64,000 nucleotides of DNA. Origin: Camelus dromedarius. Its lineage: Eukaryota. Of the stretch, positions 25,961 to 37,590 are shown one piece after another (position 1 is the stretch's first letter; every line of letters starts with the position of its first letter). The translations under genes were made by a program, and so were the position numbers. The notes beneath the pieces were generated by a model, which worked only from the letters and a program-made list of their open reading frames with translations, was not told the DNA's origin and searched no databases. The DNA is taken from positions 28,770,001 through 28,834,000 of the forward strand of contig NC_087436.1 in the NCBI RefSeq assembly GCF_036321535.1, read 5' to 3'.

Positions 25961-27189
25961 CAACTTCAAACTTACTCTTGAAACTCACTCAGGGTGAGGC
26001 AGTCACAGTTCTGGGCACAAAATCAACACACAATAAACACTTGATGGCTTGTGGTCTAAATATTATACACCTACAAATCATGTAGAAATTCTAAAACTAT
26101 AATTTTGTTCACATCAGTTAAACAAATATAATCTAATTTTATATAGTTATTAAAAAGTGATACTTGTTCTTATGTAAATATTATTTGATGCATTTCAGTT
26201 TAATAACATAAGTGGTATATACACTGATTTCCAGTGAAAATTGTTATTTTAATTAAAAGAATGAGAATGCTTTTTACTTACTTTTTGTCTATCCATTATC
26301 ACATCCATTATTCTCAGAGTTGATTCATATATAATTTGTATACAATTGAATGACTCTATTCAGTTATCATTATCATTAGCTATTTAATTAACATTTTTCC
26401 TACATAGTCACATAATATAGGATCCAACAATTATGAATCATTGTGAGCAACATTTCATCAAAGTGACATTGCTGGCCAAAATAATAAATATTTGGACAAA
26501 ATTTAAAGAACTTTGTTAGTGCTAATACATTGCTGATTAATTCTGAGTCTTACTTCCTATCGGTCCACATTTTTCTGATCATGAGTAATTACATATAATT
26601 ATATATGGAGAGAAAAAGCTATTTTAATGTTTATTTTATGCTTTCTTGAAATATATGCACAATCTCAAATTCATTACATTGCTTTTTTTAAATTTCTGCT
26701 TTCCATTATACAAAATACTTATGTCATAATAAATGACAAAAAGTCCATATGTATGTCATTCTCTCTCTCTTTTTGTCTTCAAAGTAAATAATTTGTGACC
26801 TTGGATACATCTCCTCATTCCTTGGACTGAAAAATTCTTACATCTAAACAAGGACATAATTGCTTTGAGCTAGTTATCTTCAAACTCATCCCAAATACCA
26901 TTTTGTAAATCAGTGCCAGGTTGTCAAAACTATGAAACATCTATCAACTTAGTTCTTTGTTTATTCATTCACTCAGCCAGCAGCAACTAGATGCCAGGTT
27001 CTACATTTAAAGAGTAGATGGCACAAGAGCTAAACTGAATAGCAAAGAATGTATAAAGATCTTAATTGTTTTATATGCATACACCAATAATCAGGTAAAA
27101 ATAATAATAATAATAATGCCATCACTCTGCTCCAGAACTAAACAAACTTCTGAATTCAAAGTTTTTCATAATTTCTTCAGAAATGTAAA

Positions 27190-27330
27190 ACCCATTCATA
27201 CATTCATTCAACATATGCACGTAAAGTTTTTATTTTATACCAGGTCCTACAGATGGCTCTAGAGATACACAAATAAGACAGTGACCTTATACGAGAGCTC
27301 AAGCCTAATGAAGACGACATATTTGTAAAC
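27190..27330 (-). mobile_element. L2 3' end fragment
   Basis: cattcatacattcattcaacatatg...ccaggtcctac...ctagagatacacaaataagacag. Confidence 0.6.
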
Positions 27331-27506
27331 ATTTAATCAAAATACATTTTAACACTCAATAGTGATAAATACAGCTCTGGCACTCTAATAAAGTAATATT
27401 TTAATATGATGGTAGTTAAACTATTTATGGAATATTTCTGCCATTTGTTATGGATACAAAGTGACACAAAACCAGAAGCCCAAGAGTTTAATCCTCTAGT
27501 TGGTAA

Positions 27507-27552
27507 CACACGTGCACGCACACACACACACAGACACACACACACACTCACA
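27507..27552. repeat. Interrupted (CA)n microsatellite
   Basis: Seen directly. Confidence 0.85.
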
Positions 27553-28159
27553 TACAAGTGATATTTCAAAATAAATAACAGTGAAGGGGGTGAAAGGATA
27601 GGAAACTAAATTTTTTGACTTAGTCAATTTGCACAAGGCATGAATTAGGCAGTTCATGTAAATCATACTTAATCATAATATAATAAATACGGCAATATTT
27701 GTAAATATTTTAAGATGAGAAAAATGAGATTTAGAAAAGTCAAGTAACTTCTGAAGTAACTAGCACAGTCAGTTCAAACACAGATGTGCCTGGTCGATGG
27801 TCAAAGAAGTACTCTCCATCATTTTGCACTAATTAATTAATGTGGGTTAGAATAAATAGAGAAAGAAAGATAACATGTGAGGCAATAAAAGTTCCTGTAG
27901 GATTTCATGGCATTTCTCACATAGGATTTGAAGTTGTAGTAGACATGAAAGTGATAAGATGTCAGTTAAAGTTTGCAAGATGAATGTTATTTGAAATATC
28001 AACCAATGTGACAGATATATAATATAATGCAGTTATGGTATTCTTTGAGGATTGAGCAAAATTAATGAAACTATTTATCTGTAGAGAGAAAACTTAATCC
28101 AAGGAAGAATGACCAATTGGAAAATAATGAAGAGATCAGTTGTCTAAAACATTGAATTT

Positions 28160-28332
28160 TAAACTTTTTTTACCTAAGATGCACGGATCAAGTGTTAAAA
28201 TGTAAATTCCTCAGACTTTCTAAAGTCTTATTTATTAGCATCTCTGAGAGTGAGATCCTGGAATCACTATTTTAATACATACCATAAATGCTTTTGATGC
28301 AGGTGGTTTGAAGCCATACTTTGTGAAACATT
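28160..28332. mobile_element. MER5A/B-like hAT-Charlie element
   Basis: agcatctctgagagtgagatcctggaatcactattttaatac...tttgatgcaggtggtttgaagccatactttgtgaaaca. Confidence 0.6.
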
Positions 28333-28369
28333 AACTTGAAAGAGAATGATAATAACATACACATAGTAA

Positions 28370-28458
28370 GAGATGATAGATAAATGGATGAGATAGATGA
28401 GATATGGAAGGAAGGAAGGAAGGGAGAGAAAAAGGAAGAAAGAAAGATGATAGATGAA
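28370..28458. repeat. (GATA)/(GGAA) purine-rich simple repeat
   Basis: Seen directly. Confidence 0.8.
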
Positions 28459-28654
28459 GTCATTGATTCTTGACACAAATTTTAGGGAATAGGGAGCCTT
28501 AATTTGTTTTTTTATAATGGGATTTGCAAGGTAATGTGTTGTAAATGCTAATGAAGATAATCCCATAAACCTCTATATGAAGTTAATAAGTACTAACTAA
28601 AAAAGACATAAAGCTTTCTATTGCTTTCCAAAGACATATGAAATCTATAATAAA

Positions 28655-28860
28655 AATAATAGCTATCTTTTAATTAGCCCTTAATATGTGTCAAACACTG
28701 TTCAGAGTGCTTCATAAGTAAATTATTCAGTATCACTGTGATTCAGTGAATTAATGTTATTACTATTGCTGTTTTACAGAATAAGCAATGAGAACAAAAA
28801 GCTGGGTGGCTTGACCCAAAACCATCAGAAAGTAACATAGCTGGATACAGAGCCCACAAT
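28655..28860 (-). mobile_element. MIR SINE
   Basis: aataatagctatc...tatgtgtcaaacactgttc...ttattactattgctgttttacagaataagcaatgag. Confidence 0.65.
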
Positions 28861-30059
28861 CTTATTTAACATGATGTACTGATATGGTGATTTCAACTTA
28901 TTTTTATTATAAATATTCAGTTAATCTGTAGTGAAATTTTTCAGCTATTTATTTTTCATTCAGTGAATACTTTCCAAATATTTATAGCATTTCCCTTAAT
29001 GCTAGAAAAGTTTTATAGATTATTTTTGAGTGTAAAATGTCACTACAGAAATCATTTCAGATCTATGTGACATATACCTTAGCCATTTACTTTACTTCCA
29101 TCCATCTTTGTCTTCAATGTATAGAAATATGTCCACAAATAATGGAAAAATAAACGTAAATTCAGTTAAATGAGTGGAAAAACCCATATCCAGTGTCAAC
29201 TTGTCAAGTGAATTAAAAGAACTGAATAAGTAATGACAGAGCACATATAATTCTGCTGATGGTGTGGATTTGCAGATACATATGTGACATTTGTCCCACA
29301 AAGAAAGACAGACAAGTGAACTGTTTTAAGAATGTTAAGTATATCTCTGTGGAATTTATGAAAAACTTTTCTTAAAATAGGTTACTTGGATTAGTATATT
29401 TACACCTTTGCACAGCACACATCTGAAAAGGATCAATTCAACATAGAAATGACAAGTCCTTAACTACTCATACTAAATCTTCTCTTCTGAAAGACAATAG
29501 CAAAAACAAAACCCCAAATGCATACTGTATCTCAACAAATAAAAATATAAATAAAACACAAATATGCAGAATAAATAAAAAGCATAAGGTAGAAATAATT
29601 TCTCAAATGATTTTTAAAACTTTAAGATGTATATGCATTGTAGTGTTTAAGACGAACAATCAAAAGTTGAAGGTTTGCTTTTTGTATTAAATTAGTAAAA
29701 ATTTTTTAAATTATTGGTCAAGTATAATTACACATTTGAGACATAATGTATTTAATAATATGTTTGCTGTTGAAATTGTACTGTTTGGAAAGATCTCAAA
29801 TATACTACTTACTAGATGAGTGACTCTAAGCATAACCTCTTTTTATTTCAGCTTGTATTATATAGGACTATAGAAAACAGATTGTTAGAAAGTACCTTAT
29901 ATAGTTGTTCTTATCAGCAAATGTGATAATTCTGGATCATGGAAAGTTCTCCATAATTATCTAGTTTCATCATCATCTCTGGAAAAATAATAAAACAAAA
30001 TTTCAAAACTTAAAAAAAAAGAGAAATGTAATTCTTCATCTTAATATTTAAATTAATAT

Positions 30060-30730
30060 AAGAAGAACACCATTTATAACATGAATATCTTAAAATTCTA
30101 AAGCTTCAAAGAATAAAACTTCTAGAAAAAAAACATAAGCAAAGCTCTTTATGATCTTGGAATGGCCAACAATTCTCAAATAGAAAATTTCTCAAATAGA
30201 AAACAAAAGCACAGAATATAAAAGGAAATTCTGATGAACTGAACTTCATCAAAATTTTAAACTTTTGCTCTTCATAGGTCACAAATTTAATGTAGAAAAG
30301 CAAGTCACAAACTGGGAGAAATGTTCATTACATGCACATCTGACAAAGGACTTGCGTTGAGAACTCTTATAAATCAATAATAAAAAGACAAATCAAATCA
30401 GTATGAGAAATAGACAAAAGAATTAACAGACAATTCACAAAAGAACATCAAGAATGGTAAACAAGCACATCAAATATGCTTAACATCATAATTAACATTA
30501 ATATCATTTTATTTTAAAAATGCAAATTAAAAGCATAAAACACCCCTACAAATCCATTATTTTGGCAACAATTAAAAAAAAAACAGACAATCACAAAATG
30601 TTATTGAACATGTGGAGGAAATTAAATTCTCATATACTGCTGGTGAAAAAGTAAAATGATACAATCAATGTGGAAAATTGGCATTTTTTATTTTGAAAAA
30701 TGAAACTTAAATCTATCATATGATCTAACA
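30060..30730 (+). mobile_element. Old L1M ORF2 3' fragment
   Basis: ataaaacttctagaaaaaaaacataagc...aacttcatcaaaattttaaacttttgctcttca...aaatgcaaattaaaagca...ctcatatactgctggtg. Confidence 0.8.
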
Positions 30731-31431
30731 GAAACAGCTGCATTAGCAAGACCCAGTGAAAAAAGTATAAAATATAAATAAATACATAAATAAATTTATA
30801 CTGTGAGAGTAGCTCAAATAATGCTGTATTTTCTCTCTTGTACTCTGCTTTGTTCTAGAAACACACAATTTTATCAACTTAAGAAACAGTCACTCTTTGC
30901 TAAGAATCTAGAAATGAGCCATTTCTATAATTTAATCATGAGGTCCCATGCTTTGCTCAGGGTGTGATTTTGTAGGTCTATTGCCAGGAGCATTAAAGTT
31001 TTTATTCCATTTTACTTACATCTTTATAGCAAAACCTAAAGGAGCTCTTTAGCTCAGGACTGTGTAGGCAACAAAATATTTGAGAAGTACTAAATCTGAA
31101 ACTCAGAATAAAATAAATATACAATTTTTACAGACTTTTAGCTTAGTTATAAATGTCTGAGACACATAGTTAATTTCTTAATAAGAAGGAATTTGTAAAG
31201 TTCTTTAACAAGTGAATATACCCGTGCTTTGATTATATTATTGGCTTTACTCATTCACACTACTTCTTTATAATCCCATGATTGTTTTTTGGACATTAGG
31301 GGGGGAAAAAACAAGCAAGCGAGCAGACCACATACAGCCCTCTTTCTTCTATCAGGGCTGATACTCTAACTGCTGAGCACACAGTCTCTCTGCATCCAGT
31401 CAATGTCAGGTTTCATCAGAAATAATCACTG

Positions 31432-31547
31432 ATGGCAAGGAAGGGAAATAGCTTGGTGGTAGAGCACATGCTTAGTATGCATGGGTCCTGGGTTCAATCC
31501 CCAGTACTGCCATAAAAAAATAAAATAAAAAATAAATTATTTAAAAT
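31432..31547 (+). mobile_element. tRNA-Ala-derived SINE (camelid Vic-1 type)
   Basis: A box tagcttggtgg, body agagcacatgcttagtatgcatg, B box ggttcaatcc, A-rich tail, and TSD aaataatcactg at 31420-31431 and 31548-31559. Confidence 0.88.
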
Positions 31548-32071
31548 AAATAATCACTGGCTATATTTCTAGAGGTTTAATTCCTACTCCTACTTGATAC
31601 TGCATAGTTTTCCAATGTTTCTAAACATGAAATGAGCTCTGCAAAAATATCAACTGTAGCTCTCTGTCTCTGGGTTCATTCTCACTTAGAAATGCTTAAC
31701 TGCCCTAGGAAGAGACCTAGGACATACATGCTGCTTCCACAGAGTTTTGGCCCAACCTAACTTTCATCAGGAAAAAAGAATCATCCCAACTTCACATTAC
31801 ATCTGCAAAATTCTCTTCCACCGAGCAGAGTTTTCTAACTTTATGCTGCTATATGGTATAAGCAGCTGGAAGATAAATCAGTAAAAATAATCATAATAAT
31901 AATAATAATTGTAGGAAAAATTACAGTTTCTAATGTCTTGAATTCTAGCTTGTATGCTTTAGAATTTTAAATGTCTATAAATCAAGCAAATGGAGATATT
32001 GAGAAGGTAGACATCTTATGAGCTCAGTGGAGAGGTCTGGTATGGAATAACAACTAGAAAGTCATAAAAAA

Positions 32072-32410
32072 TGTAAAAAAAGTAAGTAAGTAAACAGAAA
32101 CCTCAGTAAAAGAGAGTTGAGAGACCAGAAGGGGAAGCTCTCACACCCTATGATGACAGCAAAGCCCAACAGGAAAAAGACTCCTCTTCTAAGTTGACAA
32201 GGACTCAATCAATGAAAAGCCATGGGCTCTTTATTTACTCTAGCCCTCCTAACATCATTTTCCTCTCTATAAAAGCATTCTCCTTCCCTTGCCATGCAAA
32301 AACTTGCACATGTCTCACCATGATTGCAGACCTTGAGTTGCAGTTCTCTGCTGGTCTGGACCCATCTTTACTGGAGAAACATCTGGCAGTCTGTTTGTTT
32401 CAGGTCAACA
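32072..32410 (+). mobile_element. ERV 5' LTR
   Basis: tgtaaaa...caggtcaaca; homologous to 35213-35553; TATAAAA at 32268-32274. Confidence 0.92.
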
Positions 32411-32413
32411 TTC

Positions 32414-32431
32414 TGGTGGCCCATAGGGGGA
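32414..32431 (+). promoter_or_regulatory. Primer-binding site complementary to tRNA-Ile(AAU)
   Basis: tggtggcccataggggga versus the expected TGGTGGCCCGTACGGGGA: 16/18, both mismatches at CpG positions; 3 nt after the LTR. Confidence 0.85.
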
Positions 32432-32976
32432 CCAGGGAAGACCTCCCCAGAGTCTCCAGGGCTGGTGAGCAAATGTGTGGTAGCCACCATTCAGCCCATT
32501 GTCCCTCACTCCTTCTCATGCCAACCCTGGGTTTTAAGGTCCATCTTTCTCCTAGACTCCAACTTACACCCTCTTTGTGTTTGAAGCTCTCCAGGCTTTA
32601 TTCATGATCTATTTTAAGGTTTTTCTTCCCTGGTTAAGATCTTGTCCTGTATTCAAGTATTCATTTGGCATTTTGGTCTGATTTTGAGATAAGACTGTTT
32701 CAACTGAAACTGGCTGAGAATCCATCTGCCTATTCCTTCTGGAGCAGGGGTTATTTCACTAAAACGGTGCTGTTTTTCAGCCTTCAGACCATTTCTTTGG
32801 AATAGGGGCTCTTCTATGGGAACTGGTTGAGAAGGCTTTGGCTCCTCCAGGACCAGCCATTCTCTTAGAACAGGCTGGTATTAAGCCTGCAGGTTGTTTG
32901 AACTATTTGAATTGCAAGCTATTTGAATTGAGCTGTTTGAAATTGTTCTTTTAGTCTGGAGAAAAATCTCTGAGGA

Positions 32977-33020
32977 ATGAGATCCCAGTTATCTAAGTAT
33001 TTTGAGGGTGACACCCACAA

Positions 33021-33082
<62 letters not shown>

Positions 33083-34420
33083 AGGGACTCCAGTGAATTT
33101 TACATGTAAAAATCATGGTCCTTCCTCGTGAGCACTTCTATCTAAATAGACAGACCAGACCAAAGACAATTTGGCATATCAAAGGTGATTATTGAGAACT
33201 TTTGATATCCCCAAACTTAACTTCCTTAAAACCAAATTGGACTGTAATAGCTAAAAATTTCCAGAAGTGAGTGGAATGTTTATATCGATTGGTATTTTGA
33301 GGCTTCCCAAAGTAAATCAGGAGTCTAAAATTGCCTCTCTGCAAAATAAGATTTGAAGATTCACTGAGGCAAACAAAGGTTTAAAAAGAGATAAAATAGC
33401 TCCCACAGCCTCGGGCTCTTCTTTGACTTCTTTGCCTCAGGCTCCTCCTCCAGTGCTATCTTTATGTTGTCTCTCTCCCCCAGCATCTCCTGGCCAGACT
33501 CTGCCTCTGGAGCTATCTTCCTCTTTTCTTCTATGCTACCTATGCTTCCACTATGCCCTCAATTCTCCACACTAATTCTCTCACCAAACTTCCCATTTTC
33601 TCTGAATCCACCCTACCTCTTTCTCCTTTGAACTGGCCAGAGCCTGTCCCTTTAAAATTAAGCCTTCTGAGATTCCAAGGCTAAATACTTAATTTCTTAT
33701 ACTCCCTGGATTAAAGCAGAACTATAAGCCATAGTCAAGATCTTTCCCTTGTAACAAAAGATCCTCACAGATTTGCTGAGAAATTTAACATAATCATTCA
33801 GATTTATCGACCTGGTTTCTCTGACTTTTATCAACTAGTTCATATGGTTGTCAGTGAAGGCCAGGCCCAGCATTGGATGAAAAACACTAATTGGGAAAAT
33901 CTAGAAAGGTCTCCATAAATAAAACCCAGAGACCAGCTGACTAACGTATTATATGAAAAGGTTGGGGAAATGCTAGGCAACTTTATTGAGCAATTCCTGG
34001 GGTTCTTTGGAAAATAGGTATCAGCTTATTGACTGGAGGAAAAAATATAATGAATCTATTCATGACTATCACAATAGACTTCAGATTTTTTTAAGGAAAA
34101 TTCTGATCTTTCTTCAGATGTTGATTTCATCTTAGTACCTCTTAACTCTGTTTATTAATGAGTTGAACTGGGACTTTTCCCTTCTAATAAAAGGATCAGG
34201 ATATAATGGGAAACTATGTCCACTCTAGATTTAATTAGTGTGGCAAACCAGTTCTCTCACACTGTAGATGAATCATCTCAAAGGAAGAAAGCCACAAATT
34301 TTAATCTTCAACTCCTGGAAATGAAGGCTCCTAAGCAAAACCAAAACCCTCCCAGTTTCTGCTATTATTGCAAAGAGTCAGGACATTGGGAAAAAAGATT
34401 ATTACAATTTTAAGTGCTTG
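32977..34420 (+). pseudogene. gag: Decayed ERV gag (MA, proline-rich region, CA, NC)
   Basis: MRSQLSK start (MGxxxSK-like); TFDIPKLNFLKTKL; capsid VTKDPHRFAEKFNIIIQIYRPGFSDFYQLVHMVV (33751 onward); MHR-like KYNESIHDYHNRLQ; zinc knuckle CYYCKESGHW at 34360. Many stops and frameshifts. Confidence 0.88.
33022..33083. repeat. (CA)28 microsatellite plus TACACA inside gag
   Basis: Seen directly. Confidence 0.95.
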
Positions 34421-34534
34421 AGGTACCTTCAGTCCTCTAACCAGCTTTTCCAATGTCCTCCTTATTCCCAGCCTCACAGCTCCAAGTAAAGATGGGAGCC
34501 CTTCTCAGTCCTCTCTCTTTATCAGCTTGGAGAC

Positions 34535-34850
34535 TCCAGATTTGGGGTGAGTCTCCTCCAGTCCTAATCGACACTGGAGCCACATTCTCAGTGCTTAACC
34601 CTACCAAAACAGCCCCTGCCTTGGAGTACCAGTACACTTCAAATAGTGGGGATCTAGTATGAACCTCAAGAAGTTTCTGTCTCTAAACCCATTCCTTTCT
34701 GTTTAGGCTTGTTAAAAGGTACACATCCTTTTCTCCTTTGTTCTTCTGCCCGTATCCATTTATTAGACTGAGACCTCTTAAAGAAGCAAAAAGTGTCATG
34801 CTGGAATGTCTTCCTCTCAAAAACAGGAAATAATTCTAGAATTTGACAGT
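34535..34850 (+). pseudogene. pro: Decayed retroviral aspartic protease
   Basis: VLIDTGATFSVLNP (DTG at 34570); after a frameshift, IVGI flap and HPFLLCSSARIHLLD*DLL (degenerate LLGRDLL). Confidence 0.9.
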
Positions 34851-35195
34851 AGTCAATAAAGTAGCCAACCAGGCGAATTAAATAACCCTTTGATAACTTT
34901 TATTTGTTGTGTCTCTGAAGGTACCAGAGATGATTCTGGAAACACTGATCATTTGTCCCTACTGAATCAGTTATGTCTATGATTTTGATAACATATGGAC
35001 TTTAGATTTAAAAAAAGTACCTGAGGGTCCTCCCTCTTACCCCTCCTTGTTACTTGTATGTGACCTCAATATGTTTCCAATCTGTGTTCTTTCTTCCAAC
35101 ATGAGGCTTTGCACCAGGAAAGCTCCCTCCTGGCCTTGAGGGACGAAAAGCCACTGAAACCAGTAAACCTGGCTCTTGATCAGTGATGCTTTCAC

Positions 35196-35212
35196 AGATT
35201 AAATGGGAGAAA
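35196..35212 (+). promoter_or_regulatory. Degenerate polypurine tract
   Basis: agattaaatgggagaaa immediately before the TG of the 3' LTR. Confidence 0.7.
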
Positions 35213-35553
35213 TGTAAAAATTAATAAGCAGAACCCTCAATTAAGCAGAATTTGGAACCCAGAAGGGGGAGCTCTCATGTCCTACAAAGAGCACGGAGCG
35301 CAAAAGGAAGAAGAAAGCCTCCTCTTCTTTCCTGGCAAGGTCTCTGCCAATGAAAAGCCATGGGCTTACTCTTTGTTTACTACAGTCCTCCTAACTTCTT
35401 TTTCTCCTTTCTAAAAGCATTCTTCTTCCTTTGCCCTGAGTGGACTTGCACACGGCTCACCATGGTTGCAGACACTGAATTGCAATTCTCTGCTGATCTG
35501 GAATAAATTCATCTTTGCTGAAGAAATAACTGGTAGTCTGTTTTAGGTCAGCA
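35213..35553 (+). mobile_element. ERV 3' LTR
   Basis: tgtaaaa...taggtcagca; AATAAA at 35502-35507; homologous to the 5' LTR. Confidence 0.92.
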
Positions 35554-36429
35554 AAAATCACACATAAATCACAGAAATAGATGAAATCACTTAGGGAGAA
35601 ATTCTGATAGAGCGAAGAAGGAAAAGTGGTTTTAGTAAGAAAACATTTATGAGATTAGTTAAGAAGAGGAGCTTACAAAGAACAGCCACATCTAAAGAGG
35701 AAAACTAGAAATGTTTGGGTCACATGAACGGAGAGGAAGTTTTGCACAAGGAAGGTATTGTCTATCGGGGATGCTGTTGACTGGATAAACAAAAGGAGAA
35801 TAGCAGAGGGGCCATTGAGATTTTCAACATGGAATAAATTATGTCCTTTCAAGCAAGGGGAATGTTGGATCAGAAAACAGGCTAGACTGGGTTGAGAGAG
35901 AGAGAAGGAGCAAAAAACAGTGTAAAAAAAAAGTAGTGAAAAAACCTTGAATAAGTTCTGTCATATAAAGAACAGAGAAAAAGGTCAAAACTAGAATATA
36001 GAAGTGGTTTGATGTTCTTTTTATTTCTATTTTAAATTGGGAAATACTAGAGCATAATAGATTTGATTTATAGGATTGATGATACAGGAGAGAGGGCAAC
36101 CTAATGAAAAATATTCTAAAAATGGTAAAAAAAAAAAAAAAAAAAGATGTTCACAAGACCACAAGTGGTGGGCTTAATGCACCTTTAATTCAAAGTAAAA
36201 GAAAAGATCCTTAAAATGACAGGAGTAAGTAAGTATTACATTGTATTATTTTTTTATAGTTGCTTGAAGAGGCGATTGTTTCCCCTGACAGAAATATGTG
36301 TAAATATGGTGAATTTATCTTTCAGAGAAAATGTACAGGACATCTGTGGACTTCAGTAAATTGGAAAACTTTGGGGTGCAACATTATACTCAACAATGTA
36401 GTTTGGGGCAATGTATTATCTTACATTAC

Positions 36430-37590
36430 ATGAATTTACTATCTTACTTTGTAAGAAATCTGAAAGCCAGTGGTTACAATTGGTTGATATAGAGCTACAT
36501 ACACTGATGATCTCAAAAATCTCCCCGTCTTTGTATCTTTCCATTGCCATTGCTCATACATTTTCTCTAAACACATGGTCACAAGGTAGATGCAAACACT
36601 GCAGGCATTACTTTCTCAAATTCCTTTGTCAAAGATGAGATGAGCAATTTATCCTTAATATATTTCTCTGGTATTGGAAGGAAAACTTTCTCCTAAATTA
36701 TTTCATTAGATATTATAGTAGATTCTATTGATTAGAATTTAATGACATAGAAAATAAAACAGAATTTAGTGACATCCTTACGTTAGAGCAGGCATAGGCC
36801 AAATGGCAGGAATTGGGCAGAAAGAAGAGACACGGACCAAATGCAGGAAACCATACATCACGTAAGCACTAGGGATCCCTGGGCAGAGAAAGAAAAGCAA
36901 GAATCTCTGGGCTGATAAGTGGTCACATCTTTGGGGGTGACAAGTGGCCCTGAGGCCAACAAAGGAAAGTGGGAAAAGACAGGAATCTCCAATGTCCGAA
37001 TATAAGCTTTTGCTCACTGTGCCCTCCTTACAATAAAATTAGCCTTGCAGTTTAGAAGTACCCATCATGCACTGATGCCATGACACTTCCCATCCAGACT
37101 AAATAAGGACAAAAATCCCTCCTCCTTTTGAGGAGGTGGAGTTGGGATGAAAATCAGGGAATATGACCCCAGACCCTTCCCTCCCTAATGAATATTCCGC
37201 CCATTTATTTTTATGCCCTATGTAACAAACTTGCCAAAGAAACTCAGGGCAGCGCTCTCACCTGAGCCTGTCTGCTCTCGCTTTGACGGCATACTATCCA
37301 TCCCTTAATAAATCCTCACTTTACTTTCTTAGCCTCCACATCTTGTCTATGAATTTTTTCTGGGATAGGACAAGAACTTGGAACACCAGTTACATCTGCC
37401 GGCAAGGCTTATGCTTAAACTAATCATGGGGAAAGGGCATAAGGTTATGTACTATGATTGAACTGGAAAAGTTGTTATTTATTTGGGACCCAACTTCCCA
37501 GAGCATTGTGAGATCTCATTTTTAAAACAAAGGTACTATGAATAAATCAGAAGAGAAGGATGGCTCTTAGACAGCTAATAAAGAGTTCTA
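36430..37590 (-). mobile_element. Old MLT1-like (MaLR) LTR interrupted by the solo LTR at 36781
   Basis: ctattgattagaatttaatgacatag on the left and cttaaactaatcatggggaaaggg...tatgattg on the right resemble antisense MLT1. Confidence 0.4.
36781..37394 (+). mobile_element. ERV1-type solo LTR, copy A
   Basis: (c/t)gttagagcaggca...aataaatcctcac...caccagttaca; collinear homology with 45222-45859. Confidence 0.85.

Larger units (their letters stand above)
32072..35553 (+). mobile_element. Class I (ERV1/gamma-like) endogenous retrovirus, 3.48 kb, LTR-gag-pro-LTR, lacking pol and env
   Basis: Paired TG...CA LTRs, 4-bp AAAA on both flanks, PBS-Ile, gag and protease motifs, PPT. Confidence 0.93.
31985..36280 (-). 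mobile_element. L2 fragment interrupted by the ERV (pieces about 31985-32071 and 35554-36280)
   Basis: gagctcagtggagaggtctgg...agtcat continues after the provirus as ...gaaatagatgaaatcacttagggaga..., which is collinear antisense L2 text. Confidence 0.65.

Noticed and set aside
31432..31515. Functional tRNA-Ala gene
   Set aside because: Stems are degenerate, and the A-rich tail and TSD mark it as a retroposed SINE.
32194..32607. 137-aa ORF across the ERV LTR and leader
   Set aside because: It overlaps non-coding LTR/PBS sequence, starts at TTG and has no protein motifs.
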